Positions 1 to 13,688 of a DNA stretch of 64,000 nucleotides are shown here, one piece after another (position 1 is the first letter of the stretch; every line of letters begins with the position of its first letter). Source of the stretch: Lingula anatina (taxonomy: Eukaryota > Animalia > Brachiopoda). Both the position numbers and the translations under genes were made by a program. The stretch spans positions 19,964,001 through 20,028,000 of the forward strand of contig CM120645.1 in assembly GCA_051362555.1 (NCBI GenBank), read 5' to 3'. The notes under the pieces are model-generated. The model worked only from the letters and a program-made list of their open reading frames with translations, was not told where the DNA came from and made no database searches.

Positions 1-566
1 TGTTGTAAACGAGCTTTTGGTCAACTACAATGCATTTAAAATGCATCAGCAATCAGTAAGTTTGCCAACTGATGACAGTTAATCTGAAAGACTACCAGCT
101 CTTGATATGATCTAAACCACCTGAGGTGACCATGATCTAGAGCATCGCAACTATTGTCACCGAAGTTAGTAAGTAAGTCACGGAAGACCGTCACAGACAA
201 AGAAAGATTGTCAACGAGAGCTGCAATTTTGGTGAATCCCACGGCAACACACCGAGGCATAACGAAAATTCCTCAACTCCGTTCAACACAACTTTCCTTA
301 ACTTCTCCGTCTGTATGCACCTGCAGCTCAGTTGAGTCTCATAGACCTTTATCGTGATTGTCGTCACAGTACCACGTGACCCAGATCTGTTGCTTCATTT
401 TTGCATATTGAGGTGAGGTTTACTAAAACGCTTTTTTTCTACTAATAGATTGTTTTTATAATTTTTAAATGGCGGGGATCGATTAAAACATACCTCTAGT
501 GTATAGATTGAGTGCTGTATCTTCAAAATTCGAGAAATGGATTTTTACATGAACATTGTCCTTTAA
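1..566 (-). mobile_element. Possible end of a Kolobok-like DNA transposon with a decayed THAP-like start
   Basis: Ends in ...TGTCCT|TTAA (563-566), like Kolobok termini with a TTAA target. The minus ORF 36..260 begins MPRCVAVG(F), resembling the THAP N-terminal MPxCxAxGC. The other end lies outside the window. Confidence 0.35.
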
Positions 567-1044
567 CGTTTGGTGATATCACACAACACGCAGGGTGATG
601 TTAGGCAAAATTTTAGTGCAACCTAATTGCATCTCGTATTTAATGATATTCCAAAATTGATATGTCCATCAATAGAACAAAAGGATATCAAAACTATTAT
701 TAAAGTACATGTAGTATGTCTAGGAGTTCGTTTAATTTCAGCACGGACACACAGCAACAAAGGAAAACAATACCGTCTTACAGACAAAGCGAAAACATAA
801 TAACCTTTCACGAACAAGACTTACAAAATATCAAGTATTACAATAACAAAGAGTCACATCCACTGGGGTTCTTATTTTTTTCTTTATGCAAAAAGTGCTA
901 AAACATCTTTTTGGTGCCAAGCAAAGAATAATAATATGTTTTTCTTGTCCAAACATATTTTTGTTCTCTGAACTTGGAGACTTTAAAGTCATTTTTAAAA
1001 CAATTCCCGTTACTTACAGGAATACATATCATGACAATAGTGGT

Positions 1045-1270
1045 CAGTGGTGGGTTTAGGGGGGTGTCAGGGGGGTCCTGAACCCCCCCCCCCTTCGATT
1101 TCTGAAAAAAATGACACCAATGGTCCCCTCCTGAAGTTAGAATTTTGACTAGCTGAATCATAGTTCTAAACTAAATGGCACCGTTCGCCCTCTAAATTAC
1201 CAAAAACTTACGGGGCCCTTCATCTTCAACCGAACCCCACGTCAAGGGAGAGGGGGGGGGGGGGGGGGGG
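1045..1270. mobile_element. Truncated copy of the GC-rich CAGGGGCGGATC/CAGTGGCGGA MITE family
   Basis: Starts CAGTGGTGGGTTTAGGGGGG and shares AATTTTGACTAGCTGAATCATAGTT with the copies at 22361 and (inverted) 41845. Confidence 0.7.
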
Positions 1271-2386
1271 AAGGTCGGCTTTGCATCCGCGGACCCCACT
1301 TAAGCCGGCCAAGCTGACAGTAATCTAGTGAGACTCCCCACAGGGATAGATCGATCTAAAAATCTATGGAAATGGGGTGTAACAGACACATTTCTCTACG
1401 CACTGCATATCACTGTATTTAATAAATAAAAAACCAATTATATAAAATTAATACAAGAATACGAAAGAAAAGAACGCGAAAAGATTATTTTGACACTAGT
1501 GGACCCTGAATATTACGAAAAGGATTATATATATAAGGTCAAATTTCAAATACCTAGAAAAATTACAACTTCTTTGCGTTGTTTCATCAGCGCCCTTCGA
1601 AACTATTGTTCCTGACACAAAATATGCACATTTTACTGGTGCTGGCTTTCAAAAATAACAATAGCTGACTAGCTTTTGCAGTCTGAGTTGCATTGTGGTT
1701 CCATCGTTTAATGATATGGGAATTTGCTGAATTTGGCTGTTACTCTGTCTCTAGTGTATTTAGAACTTCATTTTGTTGGATGGTCATATTGGAAGTAGGC
1801 GGTGACACAGTCTGTTCTGGGGTATTTTTTTTATTCAAAAAGATATCATTATCTTCGTCTGCAGTGAAGGTTTCCCATCCCCTTGTTCAAATGGCTGTCA
1901 TCACACTTGACGGAGAATTACTCAGCGAGGTGACGTGATGACTTTAAAAGAAGATCTTGCACGAAAACCCCGTCCTTCCTAGGCAGTTTTCTTTCAAAGA
2001 GGGAAGCCTACCCAATATTTAAATACTTAAAATACATGTATGTGCGTCAACACCAATCAGCGACCTTTTTTAGGAATGCCATAACGTCATCTATTTCCAC
2101 GGGGTTGTCATAATAAGGCTTTTTGGGGATGTTTTCAGAAATGCCAATTATCAACACGAAACTGCTATACGCATCCAATAACAAACAGGTAGTATCGGTG
2201 AACACAATTGCTAATTACAAAACAGGATAACAGCAGAAAATCATATCAGCCCGATCAAATTACTACAAAAAAGTTCACAGTCTTCATGCGCCACGGTTCA
2301 GTGACTCTTTATAACAAGCAGAAACATGAGGAGGTACTCCACACAATTTGGTTTTAAAAAAAATTATAAATTAAAAAAAAAATTGG

Positions 2387-2626
2387 TTCCCATAGATACC
2401 ATCGGTCTACGTGGATCGACCTTCCTCTGCGTGGACTCTTGCTGATTGCAATTAGCTTAACTGAATAACACGCCACCTCCTAGCGTTACGTAGAATACAG
2501 AAAAGCTGGTGATTATACAATTATATTGGAAACAAGAGGCAAAGCTGATCAGTTAAGCTGATTGCACTTCACGAGAGTCCCCGCAGACTTCGGTCGATCC
2601 ACTAAGACCGATGACGTCTATGGGAA
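2387..2626. mobile_element. Foldback MITE with ~75-bp imperfect TIRs
   Basis: TTCCCATAGATACCATCGGTCTACGTGGATCGACC...AGCTTAACTGA is matched by TCAGTTAAGCT...GGTCGATCCACTAAGACCGATGACGTCTATGGGAA. A related copy is at 25611..25721. Confidence 0.75.
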
Positions 2627-4296
2627 TGGAGCCTAAGACACGCGTTTTTGAAATATTTGAAGTGAAAATAGGCGATGCTTAACTTGTGACCTTTAATGAA
2701 GTTGAGAAATTTAATCTGTTTTTCCTATTACATGATGATGAGGTAGTATTATTTGGCTGTAATTAAAAATGACATCGTTCGTACATTCGTACGTAAGTTC
2801 CTAGAACCAAAAATCAGTATATTTAATTGTAATGTTTCATCAACAGGATATTAAGTTTCCAGAAACAACTTAAAAAACAATACCACCATAATAACCTTGC
2901 ATTTCCTTCAAATGAATTTAAGTCAATAACAAAATTCGATCCAAGGAAATGAAATTAAAATTTACGCAAGTGATATCATCACAATATTCAATAATAAAAT
3001 TTACAATAATTAAATTTGTTAAAAACATTCATTAAGTATGAAAAAACTAATTTTGGTAAAAACGCAAACAGCCTCTTACGTCTTTAAAGCTTATAAAACT
3101 GTTGGTGTTCAAAAAAGGAGTTCTGTTAATAGGTTAAAAACTTATTAAAAGAACTTACCGAAAGAAGAATTGCAAGAATAGCTTTCGTTCCTTCTCTCAC
3201 GCGATTGCTGTTTAATTTTGGAAACATTCTGAATACAGTGAAAAAAGCCTACATATTAGTCACAGAATGAGCATTAGGACTTTATATAGAAAAAAAAAAA
3301 AAACTTATCATTCTTGCAAAGTCCAACACCTTCCCTACAGACACCAAGGTACAGTATACCCAAAACTACAGTAGTGACAAACTTACGTTCTTTAAAACCG
3401 TTTATGGCTTGCAAGTTGATAATTTTTGAATCAGTCGCAAAACGGAGACTGGGATATACATGTATTGCATTACCGCGGCGCATTAGCAAAGGCGAAAATA
3501 GCTGCCAACGCACAGAATCCATTTCTATTCATCATCGAGGACAGATATGACACGGTCTTCCTGCGAAACTGTTGTAATACGTCTATGCCAACACTAATGG
3601 ACCTACGGTGACAAGGTAGACTTCCTTTATATTCAGAATTACAAATTTTAAGGGGGGTGGGGGTCGTCGACAATGTTTATTTCCACAGATCGAATTAACT
3701 TGATTTAGGGATACTGCGACATACTGAGGTAGCACATCCTGGAAGCTGTTGCTATTCTTATCTAAAAGAGAAGAATTGTTTTTTTTTATTGAAGATAAAT
3801 AAATAAATAAATAAATAAATAAATAGATAAATGAATAAATTACTAAATGAATCATTACAAAATAAATATACAAAGAGGCAAAATAAACCTGCAATAGATT
3901 CATTATATTTTACGAGAAAGGACCTGTGCAAATTTGACCTCCGAAATTGAAGGAAATCAAGGTAAATATTTCAGAAATTTGAGCAACGGCTGAATCCTTT
4001 TCTCCAAAAGAAGACAAACAACAATATCTTCGAACTGCCTTCACTACTCAACATTTTATGGTATTCGATTCCTGGTATTCGGGATTAGGCAGATCCGCAA
4101 AAATCAAGCATGAATTGATTAACCGACCGATCTTGTTTATTGAGGATATCAAACTTTTAACCAAACCTTCACCTTTTTCATTTCAGAAATTTCAATCTCC
4201 ATATAATACTACGTACAAAACAAAAGCGCTGACCGACAGACCGACAGACAGACAATCGGACAGACAGATATACACAAACTTGGACGTAATGCTTCA

Positions 4297-4333
<37 letters not shown>

Positions 4334-4799
4334 GTAATTATATGCGTCCTTTAGGCACCCTTATTTGGAAACCGTATATCTTTGTAAGTTTTTACTCTAT
4401 ATCTTTGTCATGTATTTTATCACTGCCTTATTCGTGCATTGTATGCAATTCAACTCACTTACACATCGAACGAGCCAAGTATCCAACATGACAAAACCTG
4501 TTTTGCCGATATCATTTAGCAAAAGTGCGGTCTTTGTGGTTAAATGACCTGCTCAATAAATCCTAGTAAGTCTCCAGTGTAAATTTAAAGTAAGAGGGAT
4601 CGTCTTAATTTTGTTTTGCACGCTCGGGAACACGAGTATGTGTCATCCTATAGTATATAATTTATTCCACGTGTTTTTGGTTGTTACTTACAATGTGCCT
4701 TTCCCAATGCAAAAAAAAAACTGATCCGTTTTTCCTATGATGGGAGAAATTTGTGTGCGTGCATCCGTGTGTATGTGTGTGCGCGTGTCTCTGTGTGTG

Positions 4800-4853
<54 letters not shown>

Positions 4854-5674
4854 GAATCTCGCCTTATCAAAGTCGTTATCCACTATCTGAATTTGCCAAG
4901 AATGCAATGCACTATAGATGCATTGCATAAATAGGAATCTTTTTCCAGGCGTCTTTTACTAGCTCCAATATTTCGCCGGCAGTACCAATCCAACTTTGAA
5001 ATATCGGATCTGGTCAATTTCCCATCTTTACAGTATTTAAAAGCTTGCTATTGATCCAACGAATCTATCCTGTTTATCATTTAATACTTAACAAATCTGT
5101 CCATCGATATAAAAAAAATTTGGGGCGTGATAAGCCCGAGGAAAATATTTCCCACAGTAACCACGCCGTTACACGAAGAACAAGCACAATTACTTTGAAT
5201 CACTCCATAAATGACTCACAATCCACTTAATGATGACAAGACATACAGATTCTCTATAGCCACCAGTCCCTTTGTGAATACAGTCATTTCAGCGCCCTGA
5301 TTAATTAACTGGCTTAACTGTCATTATCAGAGGCCGTAAAAAGTGTAACTTTAAGATTAATCATTCGAAATTGCTCATCATAATGGCAATGTGTAATGCA
5401 AAACACATTGTGTATTATCATTTTGTCTCTTCTCCTTGTTTAAATCAATAGAACTCGAGAGAGATTGCCGAACGCATTAGATGTAATGCGTCTGAATAGT
5501 GTTCGCATCGTGCTTCTCTTTCTTTCTTTCTTTCTCTCTGTAGAGGTGAGTGATGTGCGTTCTATTTCTTAAAACAAAGTTTATCCACGAGAAACGGAGG
5601 CAAAGCGCATAGAAGTATTATATGCTCTCCGTGAAATACATGTGTACATGAACATTACAAATGACACACACACG

Positions 5675-5725
<51 letters not shown>

Positions 5726-6849
5726 ATATACAAAAGCAACAAAAAAAAAAGTCATAACAGATTAACATAATGCTGATTAACAAGTAAGCAGAATGATGAA
5801 ATAATTTAGAGAAAATAAATCAGTTATATTATTTACACAGTAATATTATTTGCGCATTTAATGTATGTTTTCAAGTCCTTTCAAAGTTCTTGTAGGCCTA
5901 CAATTTGATAATTGCGTTCTTTGATTTACTATAATACGTCAAAAAATTAAATTATAGTAAAGTAAAATTTAAAAAATAATATAAAGAAAATATAAATACA
6001 CATTTAATTCTCTGAAGAAACCATTGCAAATGTACCAAAAAATATTTTCTGGAAATAAAAGCCGCTCAGTCGCTCAATCGCCGGCTTAGTCATATTTAAT
6101 TCCAGTATAAGAAGTCCCTCTAAGCACTTGCCTCAGAAAAAAAAGTATTAAAAGGTAATATGTAACATGACCTCTGGTTACCCTGAATTTCAAATGTAAG
6201 AAATATATCTCTATATGTATGACAAGAAGGATACATGCAGTATGTCTTCATTACTCCATTCGGTCAAGACAAAAGCACAACAAGTGAGTACCAACCAGGA
6301 ATTGAAGTAAAGATAAAAGAGCTGATTAAAAAGGAGATCGCGTGAAAACGTGAAATAACGCTACCTCGCATATCTCCATATGATCTTTTTCAATGGTTTT
6401 CTGTCTATAGAGAGTCATTAGAACCAAAGAACATGTCTTTTATGTTTCTTCATCACCAAAGGTTGCGTTTTTTTTCTTCTGAAGGCAACTGGTTTTGTAT
6501 TAAGGCTTATGAGTTGTGATTTATAAAATAAGCTTTTATTTTTAAACACGCGTGCGCAAAAGGTAACACCATGTAGCTTTAAGGCATCTCTTTCATTCAA
6601 TTTAATATTATTATTTGTTTGCTGCAGAACCGACAGAGCTGCGCTAGTGGTCAAGATAGTCTCCATCCGGTGAAAGGTTCACTTCATGAGGTTTTCTCGC
6701 AACTGTCAGTGTTAAATTGACCCGTACATTTGAGAGCAGACTTACTTGAAAGGTAACCTAGTAATCTACAAAAAGTTTTGTGAAACAACCGTCTTGGACG
6801 TTACTGTGAGTATCAGTAACGAGGGTGATGCTCGGACAAACAGATGCGC

Positions 6850-7008
6850 GGATTAAATATGGCAGACCCACTTGAGCGCTTGCCGCGCAATCCCCCTAGG
6901 GATGACTGTACCCCGCAGGGACGACGTGTGGGGAGGCGTGTGAGAGGCGGAGAGGCTATTAAAAGATTAGGCGGTTTTCCTTTCATGTACGTCCGCCATA
7001 TTTAGTCC
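6850..7008. mobile_element. MITE with GGATTAAATATGGCAGAC / GTCCGCCATATTTAGTCC termini
   Basis: Imperfect terminal inverted repeats. The internal GGGGAGGCGTGTGAGAGGCGGAGAG segment recurs at 9960-10084. Confidence 0.65.
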
Positions 7009-8091
7009 CAGGATTTGTAAAGCCTGGCTCAAATCGTTGTGAATGCGGCCATAGACAACATAGAGGATGACAAAATGAAATTTGTGGCCACCACTACTCC
7101 AGTGATAGGTTTCTTCATGAGAAAGACGTATCAGACTAAAATAACTGTCAAAAGGGCACCTGTTAAAGGCACACACCACTTTAGACCTTTATATAGCACG
7201 AACGCATCCTTATGGAAATTTCAGGAAATTCGCCATCATCACCCAGGTACCCAGTACACCCTATCCAAAACCGCTGAAAATGATTAGCTATTAACCTGTT
7301 TTCGAACTCTTAATGCACAGTTTTTACCCGTGCAATGATTGAAATTCACCAGCCTGTCACAGAAATAAAAAACTAGAAATTTACACATAAAAAGGGTTTA
7401 TGGATCGTAACTACGTGAACAGGAAAAAGTGTGAAATTTCCAGGAAAATCACGCACATTTGCTCTACATGTATAAAGATCTTATCTGTCGAGGCGATAAT
7501 CACCAACGCGGGGGCACATTTTGAAGCTCTGTCGCCCTCCTAGGCTACATGTACTGCCATTCCTTATTGGAAGTAAACAAAAAGTAAATCACGAAGGAAA
7601 GGAATTCGTCTGATGCGCAAAAGACGCAATTGAAAAAATTAAAGAAAACAAATTGGAACTGACACATTTCATAACATTTTTTGTCACGAAATCTATTAAA
7701 CGGGATGTATAAGAATTAGCGAATATCGGTTTTTTATTTCAATTGACAATAACAAGTTTTTAATTTGTTTATTTGGGGAAAATAACTTTAAGGAGAGGAA
7801 ATGTTAGGAAGGTGATAAAATTTTGACAGACGTTTGTGCAGCTATGACGCACACATTACTGCATACTTGGTGGACGTTTAAGACCTTCCAATGGTAACGC
7901 AAAATGGCGGGCACCTTAGTGCAGCGTTCTATTTTCATGGTTTTGCCAGAGAATTAAAGCATGAAACTTAGATGCTGGGATGTGTTCCTTGTTCGGCGGT
8001 TTGTGTTTACATGGCATGCTCTACAAAAATACGGTCAGAATTTGGCATCTTGTGTATAGAGTGAGAGGGGGAAAGACTTGGAGCACTCGCG

Positions 8092-8161
<70 letters not shown>

Positions 8162-9889
8162 AGAGAAAGACGCGAACATATATTATAACACGAGAAAGAA
8201 AAGGAGAAATGGAAAGACAAAATTGGGAGTTTTCAAGGGAAAATGGAGGAGAGAAAACGTGAAGATACAGCTTAGAGGGATAAAAGTAAATCAGGGAAAC
8301 AGCATGCAATCGATATGTTTTAAATGATGGACAATCACCAAATATCTTCCTTGACGTAGGCAGGCTATTAGGCAGGCGATTAAATGCTATTAGTACCAAA
8401 GCCACTAATCCTCGCTGTCGGTCGTAACCGGAAGTAAGTGGGAAATTGTTGTACCAGATTGTTTCTGCAGTGCAGTGTGTTATGTGCAGTTGGTCATTTG
8501 AAGTTTCACAGAAAGTTTTGAGTGCAGACACGGTGATTGACACTATCGATCTACAGTGCCGGCTAATTTTCGTCATCTTAATGAGACATAAGTAGCCGCA
8601 TGGCCAGAAAATCCCTAAAAGATCTGTAAATGTGAAGGATTCAACCCTGTTCAATCAATATGTTCATGTTATTGACACAAATGAAAATATATAATGCCTT
8701 TTTTCGGCACAATTTTTCTTACGGACTGACAAATATTCTCCATTATCACTGTCTTTGAGCACTTGATAACAAAATTCCTGACAGATTTCGTCGTCTCTGT
8801 GTCGATACAACTTACTTCAGTGTCATGGGCTATCTCAAAATTCCCATGCTTTCTGCAAATTGATCGAAGTTCAATATATGCAAATCTCCAGCCAAACGAT
8901 GAGAACCGCTATTGCAGCAACGTCTACTATATCGTATTGAAAAATAAATAAATAAATAAATAAATAATAAAAAAATAAGAAAATAAGAAAAACGTTAGCC
9001 ACCTCTGCGTCTGTCTCTTGCAGGTGGTTAATGTGATCAGATGATCCAAGGTTATCAACTCCACTCTTTGTGGATTTTTTTTTGTGTGTGTGTGTGTGTG
9101 AAGAAGCTCTATTATATCTGGAACTCGTGTAAATTGTGTTAATCAGGGATGAGACAACTCGCATTAGGAAAAGAAAAGAAGAATTTAAAACAAAAAAGAT
9201 GAAAAAGTGAAAAAAAGAAAGAACATCGAATTTTAGCCTTGAATCAATTTATCTAATCCTTACAGTGATGGGCGATTTAGATGGTGCTTAATTCACGTCA
9301 TGTCAGTGCCGAAAATTACCTACTTATTCTTCATTCTGCAGACACAGATTTTAGGACGAGGGATCGTCTGTCGATGAATGAAACTAATTTCTACGCGTTG
9401 GTAGTAAAATCGCACTAATACTTATATTATTGGAAATTTCAATAAGCAATTAAGATAACCCACCGTGTGTTTGGCAAATTTCCAGAATCGATCTTGCATA
9501 TTCTATTTCCGCATAACGCACATTTGACAACGTGTTGTTTTGTTTTTCAGAAAAAAAGTATTTACCCTTCCTAAAGGTGGTAAACTATTATTTTACATTT
9601 CTAAGCGTCGTGCAAGTTGGGTCTGAGCAATATCACCTATTGGGGATTAAAAAAAAAAAATGAAGCAAAATTGTTCTTGTAAAATGCCTTTTATACATTA
9701 AATAATAATTTCTTAATCTCGTAACAAGAGGAAGATACGGCTTTTACATCAGTTTGCTATTATGCACCCCCACCCCGTAGTGACACTGGACTATTATTTA
9801 TTCATGAATCTTCTTGTACTTTTATAAGGCAATATGGCAAGATATCGGTGACATGAAAAATATCCTCAAAGAATATATGACAAAAATTA

Positions 9890-10084
9890 GTCGCCTCCCC
9901 ACGCGTCCGGTCGAATAGAGCCGAGATTTAATTACTGTGCCCCTGCACGGACGACGCGTGGGGAGGCGTGTGAGAGGCGGAGAGACAATTGCAGGATTAA
10001 GCGTGGGGAGGCGTGTGAGAGACGGAGAGACAATTGCAGGATTAAGCGGTCTTCCTTTCATGTAGGGTCTGCCATATTTGATCC
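9890..10084. mobile_element. Second, partial copy of the 6850 MITE with an internal ~43-bp tandem duplication
   Basis: GCGTGGGGAGGCGTGTGAGA..GGAGAGACAATTGCAGGATTAA occurs twice; the copy ends GGGTCTGCCATATTTGATCC. Confidence 0.65.
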
Positions 10085-10524
10085 TTGGACCAGTGGATAT
10101 TCGGATTTTCTATTCTGAATGGCCTCTGTCTTCCTTCAACTGGCCATAGAAAGTTACGACCACAAGCCAACAAGAAGAATTTCTCCTGTATATTACAGGC
10201 ACGGAATTGAAGAATTTCTTTAGTTCGTTATCTCACATTAATGGCGACGTCTGTTCTTCGTATCACTGTAATCCACGAAAAGCCTTAATTCTGCACAAAA
10301 AATCTCTGCGGTGACGGTTCTTGGGTATAGCATAAAGGACACTTGTTCAGGGCGCCTCTACAAGAGGGCGCCACCTTACGTTGTAGTTATTTGAGATGTG
10401 AATATCAGATGATTAGACGGCGGTGCAATTCCAGTGTTTGCCATTGAAGTTATTTCTGTAGATGCGCCCCTGGATCTCTGAAGGTATGCTGGCATTTAGG
10501 ACAACCATGCATTTAAAACGATTT

Positions 10525-10605
<81 letters not shown>

Positions 10606-11088
10606 ATATGCATCAACTCCAAGATAGAGACGCTTGATTGAAATTCCCTTGCAGTTATTTTTGCTCTTGGTGCGACCTATCACCATGGCTCAATGTTTGT
10701 GGGCCACTTACAATGATATTCACCGCAACTTACGCATCAGCATGTTCTGGCGAAAATGTATTAACGTTATACAAAACGATGATAATACGAAAAAGTCACA
10801 GTGGACTTGCAAAAAGTTTACTTTTGAAAGATGGCTGGATGCAGAGCAAAATCTTAAGCAAAAGCTTTTTGAAAAATTGTGGCCAACGCAAAGACGGTGA
10901 GCTCTCTTTTACAGTGAGCTTATCTCTGTTATTACGATCACTATGACTTATTAGAAGTGGAATTGTGCTAGAGAAGATTGCCGAGGACTCTCAGGTTGCG
11001 GCAACATTGCTGTTATTTTGACATCTGAAAAGAAGCTCTTTTTAATGAAACACACGTTTTCATCAATAAATTTAAATATCTAAAATTG

Positions 11089-11122
<34 letters not shown>

Positions 11123-12794
11123 CTCTGAGAGATTCAGTATGTTAACGGTATTTGTTTTTATCAATTTGAGCTAACTACCTACTGTGTGCTCTAGCCCGAG
11201 TCCTCTGGAAAGGAATAACAAAACGCTTATTACAGTCTTACTCTTAATTGCCAGTTTCTATGCCAGGAATTTTAATTTTAGATCGTTATAAAACAGCACA
11301 TGGAATTGCTGAGCAACACCGGAAATTGACGCCTAACCAGCACGTTAACTGGCATCAGTCGCACTAATGACATCTTGTCCAACACGAAAGTCTACGGTCA
11401 GACAAGAAATATTTCAGATTATAAAAGTAGCCAACCACTGTAAGATGGCTTACATATGTTATACCTTTCTCGTTGACATGGCCACTTGGGGACGCAAGTT
11501 TGGCTGATTTTCGGTCTTGAGTGGTCTCTGTATGAACAAACCACGGTACATCATTCATTGTAGTCCTATTATTGAGAGCCCCAGATAATACGTACTGGCG
11601 AAATTCTATCGTTCCGCCGTAAATTACACAGTTTCTTTAATGTCTTACTCGAAAGCAGTGAAACAATATGTAAACAACCAGAAATGTTTTGTTCTCGAAG
11701 ATTTAGAATGACGTTTTTGTACGAAAGTACGACATATTGTTGAAGCCATAATTTGCAAACAGCAGGATGTTAGCAGCAAAATTACTCAGAATTCTTAGAA
11801 CTTGTTTCATCAATACTCAACTAATGAGGCTTCGTCCACATTACCATCTGATTAAAAAGACGTTTGTCGGTTGACGCTCTACATTATAGGGCTGTTGACA
11901 ATCTGCATCTACAGTTGCACTTCAAGTGGCAGGTGAGAAGGTAAGAAATGTTTGATATATATATTTTAAGAGAATTTCCACCTTTAAATGGAAAGATTTG
12001 TCGTTTGGTACGGCGTGAGACTATGGATGACATTGGGAGATTTTAACTTGTAAAATTTAATGCATTGTTGACTGAAACTAAAAGCTTTGTCAGATGAATT
12101 TTATGGGTGCTAAGTTTTCATGAAAGGCGAACTGAAGCTAAGCATTATGTTTCACTTGGACAATTATCGCTGCAAAAATGGACCACATGTTCAAATGTAT
12201 GATTTATCTTAGTTCAGCTTCAATCAAAATGCGAATCATTTCCATCCATTTTTTCTTTCTGGACGGGGCCTTTGAACAAAAATGTCTCTTTGTAGGTCTT
12301 TGTGTATTTTGAATAACAATTTTAAATACACGAAAACTGTCACACTAAGATGCCGTGCAATATCAAAAAAATGTAAGTATTGCATATGTTAATGTACAGT
12401 AGGGCCTATCACAACAACAGTAACAGTAGAATAGCATCAAAATCTATTAATTTTTTGACGGTGTAGAAAAACCTCCTCAATTTTAGGGATACAACAAGGC
12501 GATTTACAGGTTTTGTAAAATCTAACTGATGAAGGTCTCGGCAATAGTTCAATTAAATTTCATACCAAACTCAGCTTTTCACTTCCCATGTGAAAATTAA
12601 AGACGTACACACTTTACAAAAGTATTGCCACATGCCACAGGAGTTGCCTACTCTCCATCAGAACCCAGCTGATTGGTTGCGTCAGTGCTATGCAAAAAAC
12701 ATTCACCGAACGGAAAAGTGCATGGAAAACGCCAGAGAAACACTTTCGCATATTTTGTGAAACATCAATCTGTGGCCTTCGTAGAGGATGCTGC

Positions 12795-12873
12795 GGGGGT
12801 GGGTGGGGTGGGGTGGGGGTGGGGGTGGGTGGGTGGTGGGTGGGGGTGGGGGTGGGGTGGGGTGGGGTGGGGG
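12795..12873 (+). repeat. (GGGGT)n G-rich tract, potential G-quadruplex
   Basis: More than 12 consecutive G3-G5 runs with mostly 1-nt loops, about 0.8 kb upstream of the GPCR ATG. Confidence 0.85.
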
Positions 12874-13688
12874 TGTCTCTGTTCAGACAAGGGTGTATGA
12901 AGGCACATTCAAGTTTTTACTTGCATCTTTTTCTTAGTGTCATGCAGGAAATGGTCTTTTCAGATTTGTTCGTCACTCTTTAGACACGGGTGTGAACAAG
13001 TATGCAAAATGGCAATTCACCCAGATTTACCTCCTTTTTCAATGCGTTTGCTATGTTGCAATACCGTTTGCGCGTGTGTATGTGTATATGTGCGTGTGTA
13101 TGTGTGTCTGTGCGTGGGCGCCAGGACCTGTTTTCTATGACTTCATCAGTGTACATCAAAATCTCTTTTCTTTCCCTACCTCTTCGAAATGTCCTGTAAT
13201 GCAAATGTCTTTTCACAACGGCGTGTCATTATTTTACACTAGGGCTTGTATAAGGATAAAGAAGCTTCATATCACATAGGTCACGTTGTCACATACATGT
13301 AAGTCACGTTTTCCAGGTCGCCAGAATCGCTATTTAAAACCGCAGCAAAAGCATTTCTACAACAGCTTTACGGTAAACCACTTCAAACTCATTGAAACCA
13401 GAAAAAAATTAACCTAACAAATAACAGGCATATAAACTGACAACGGTATCAAAAGGTTTACTTTTTGGGTCTTTTTCAGGTAAGAACCACATTCAGCGCG
13501 GTTGATGCGGGGATTTATATGAATTGACATTCACATGGGCTGCCGCGTGCCTGCTTAGTAAGGTATAAGGCTTTATTGGAGGACTGGCCGGAAATTACAA
13601 TAAATCCAGAACCCTTGATCCTGATATTTTATCCCAAATTATTCATACAGTTTGGTGAGGTCAAATTAAGAACATCGACAAAACTGAG

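Noticed and set aside
3274-3673. Overlapping short ORFs in a higher-GC patch
   Set aside because: No recognisable motif or convincing splice sites; left unannotated.
8007-8654. 215-aa minus-strand ORF
   Set aside because: Runs through (GT)n/(GA)n microsatellites and has no recognisable domain.
10634-10946. Two overlapping ~90-100 aa ORFs
   Set aside because: Non-ATG starts, no motif and no splice support.
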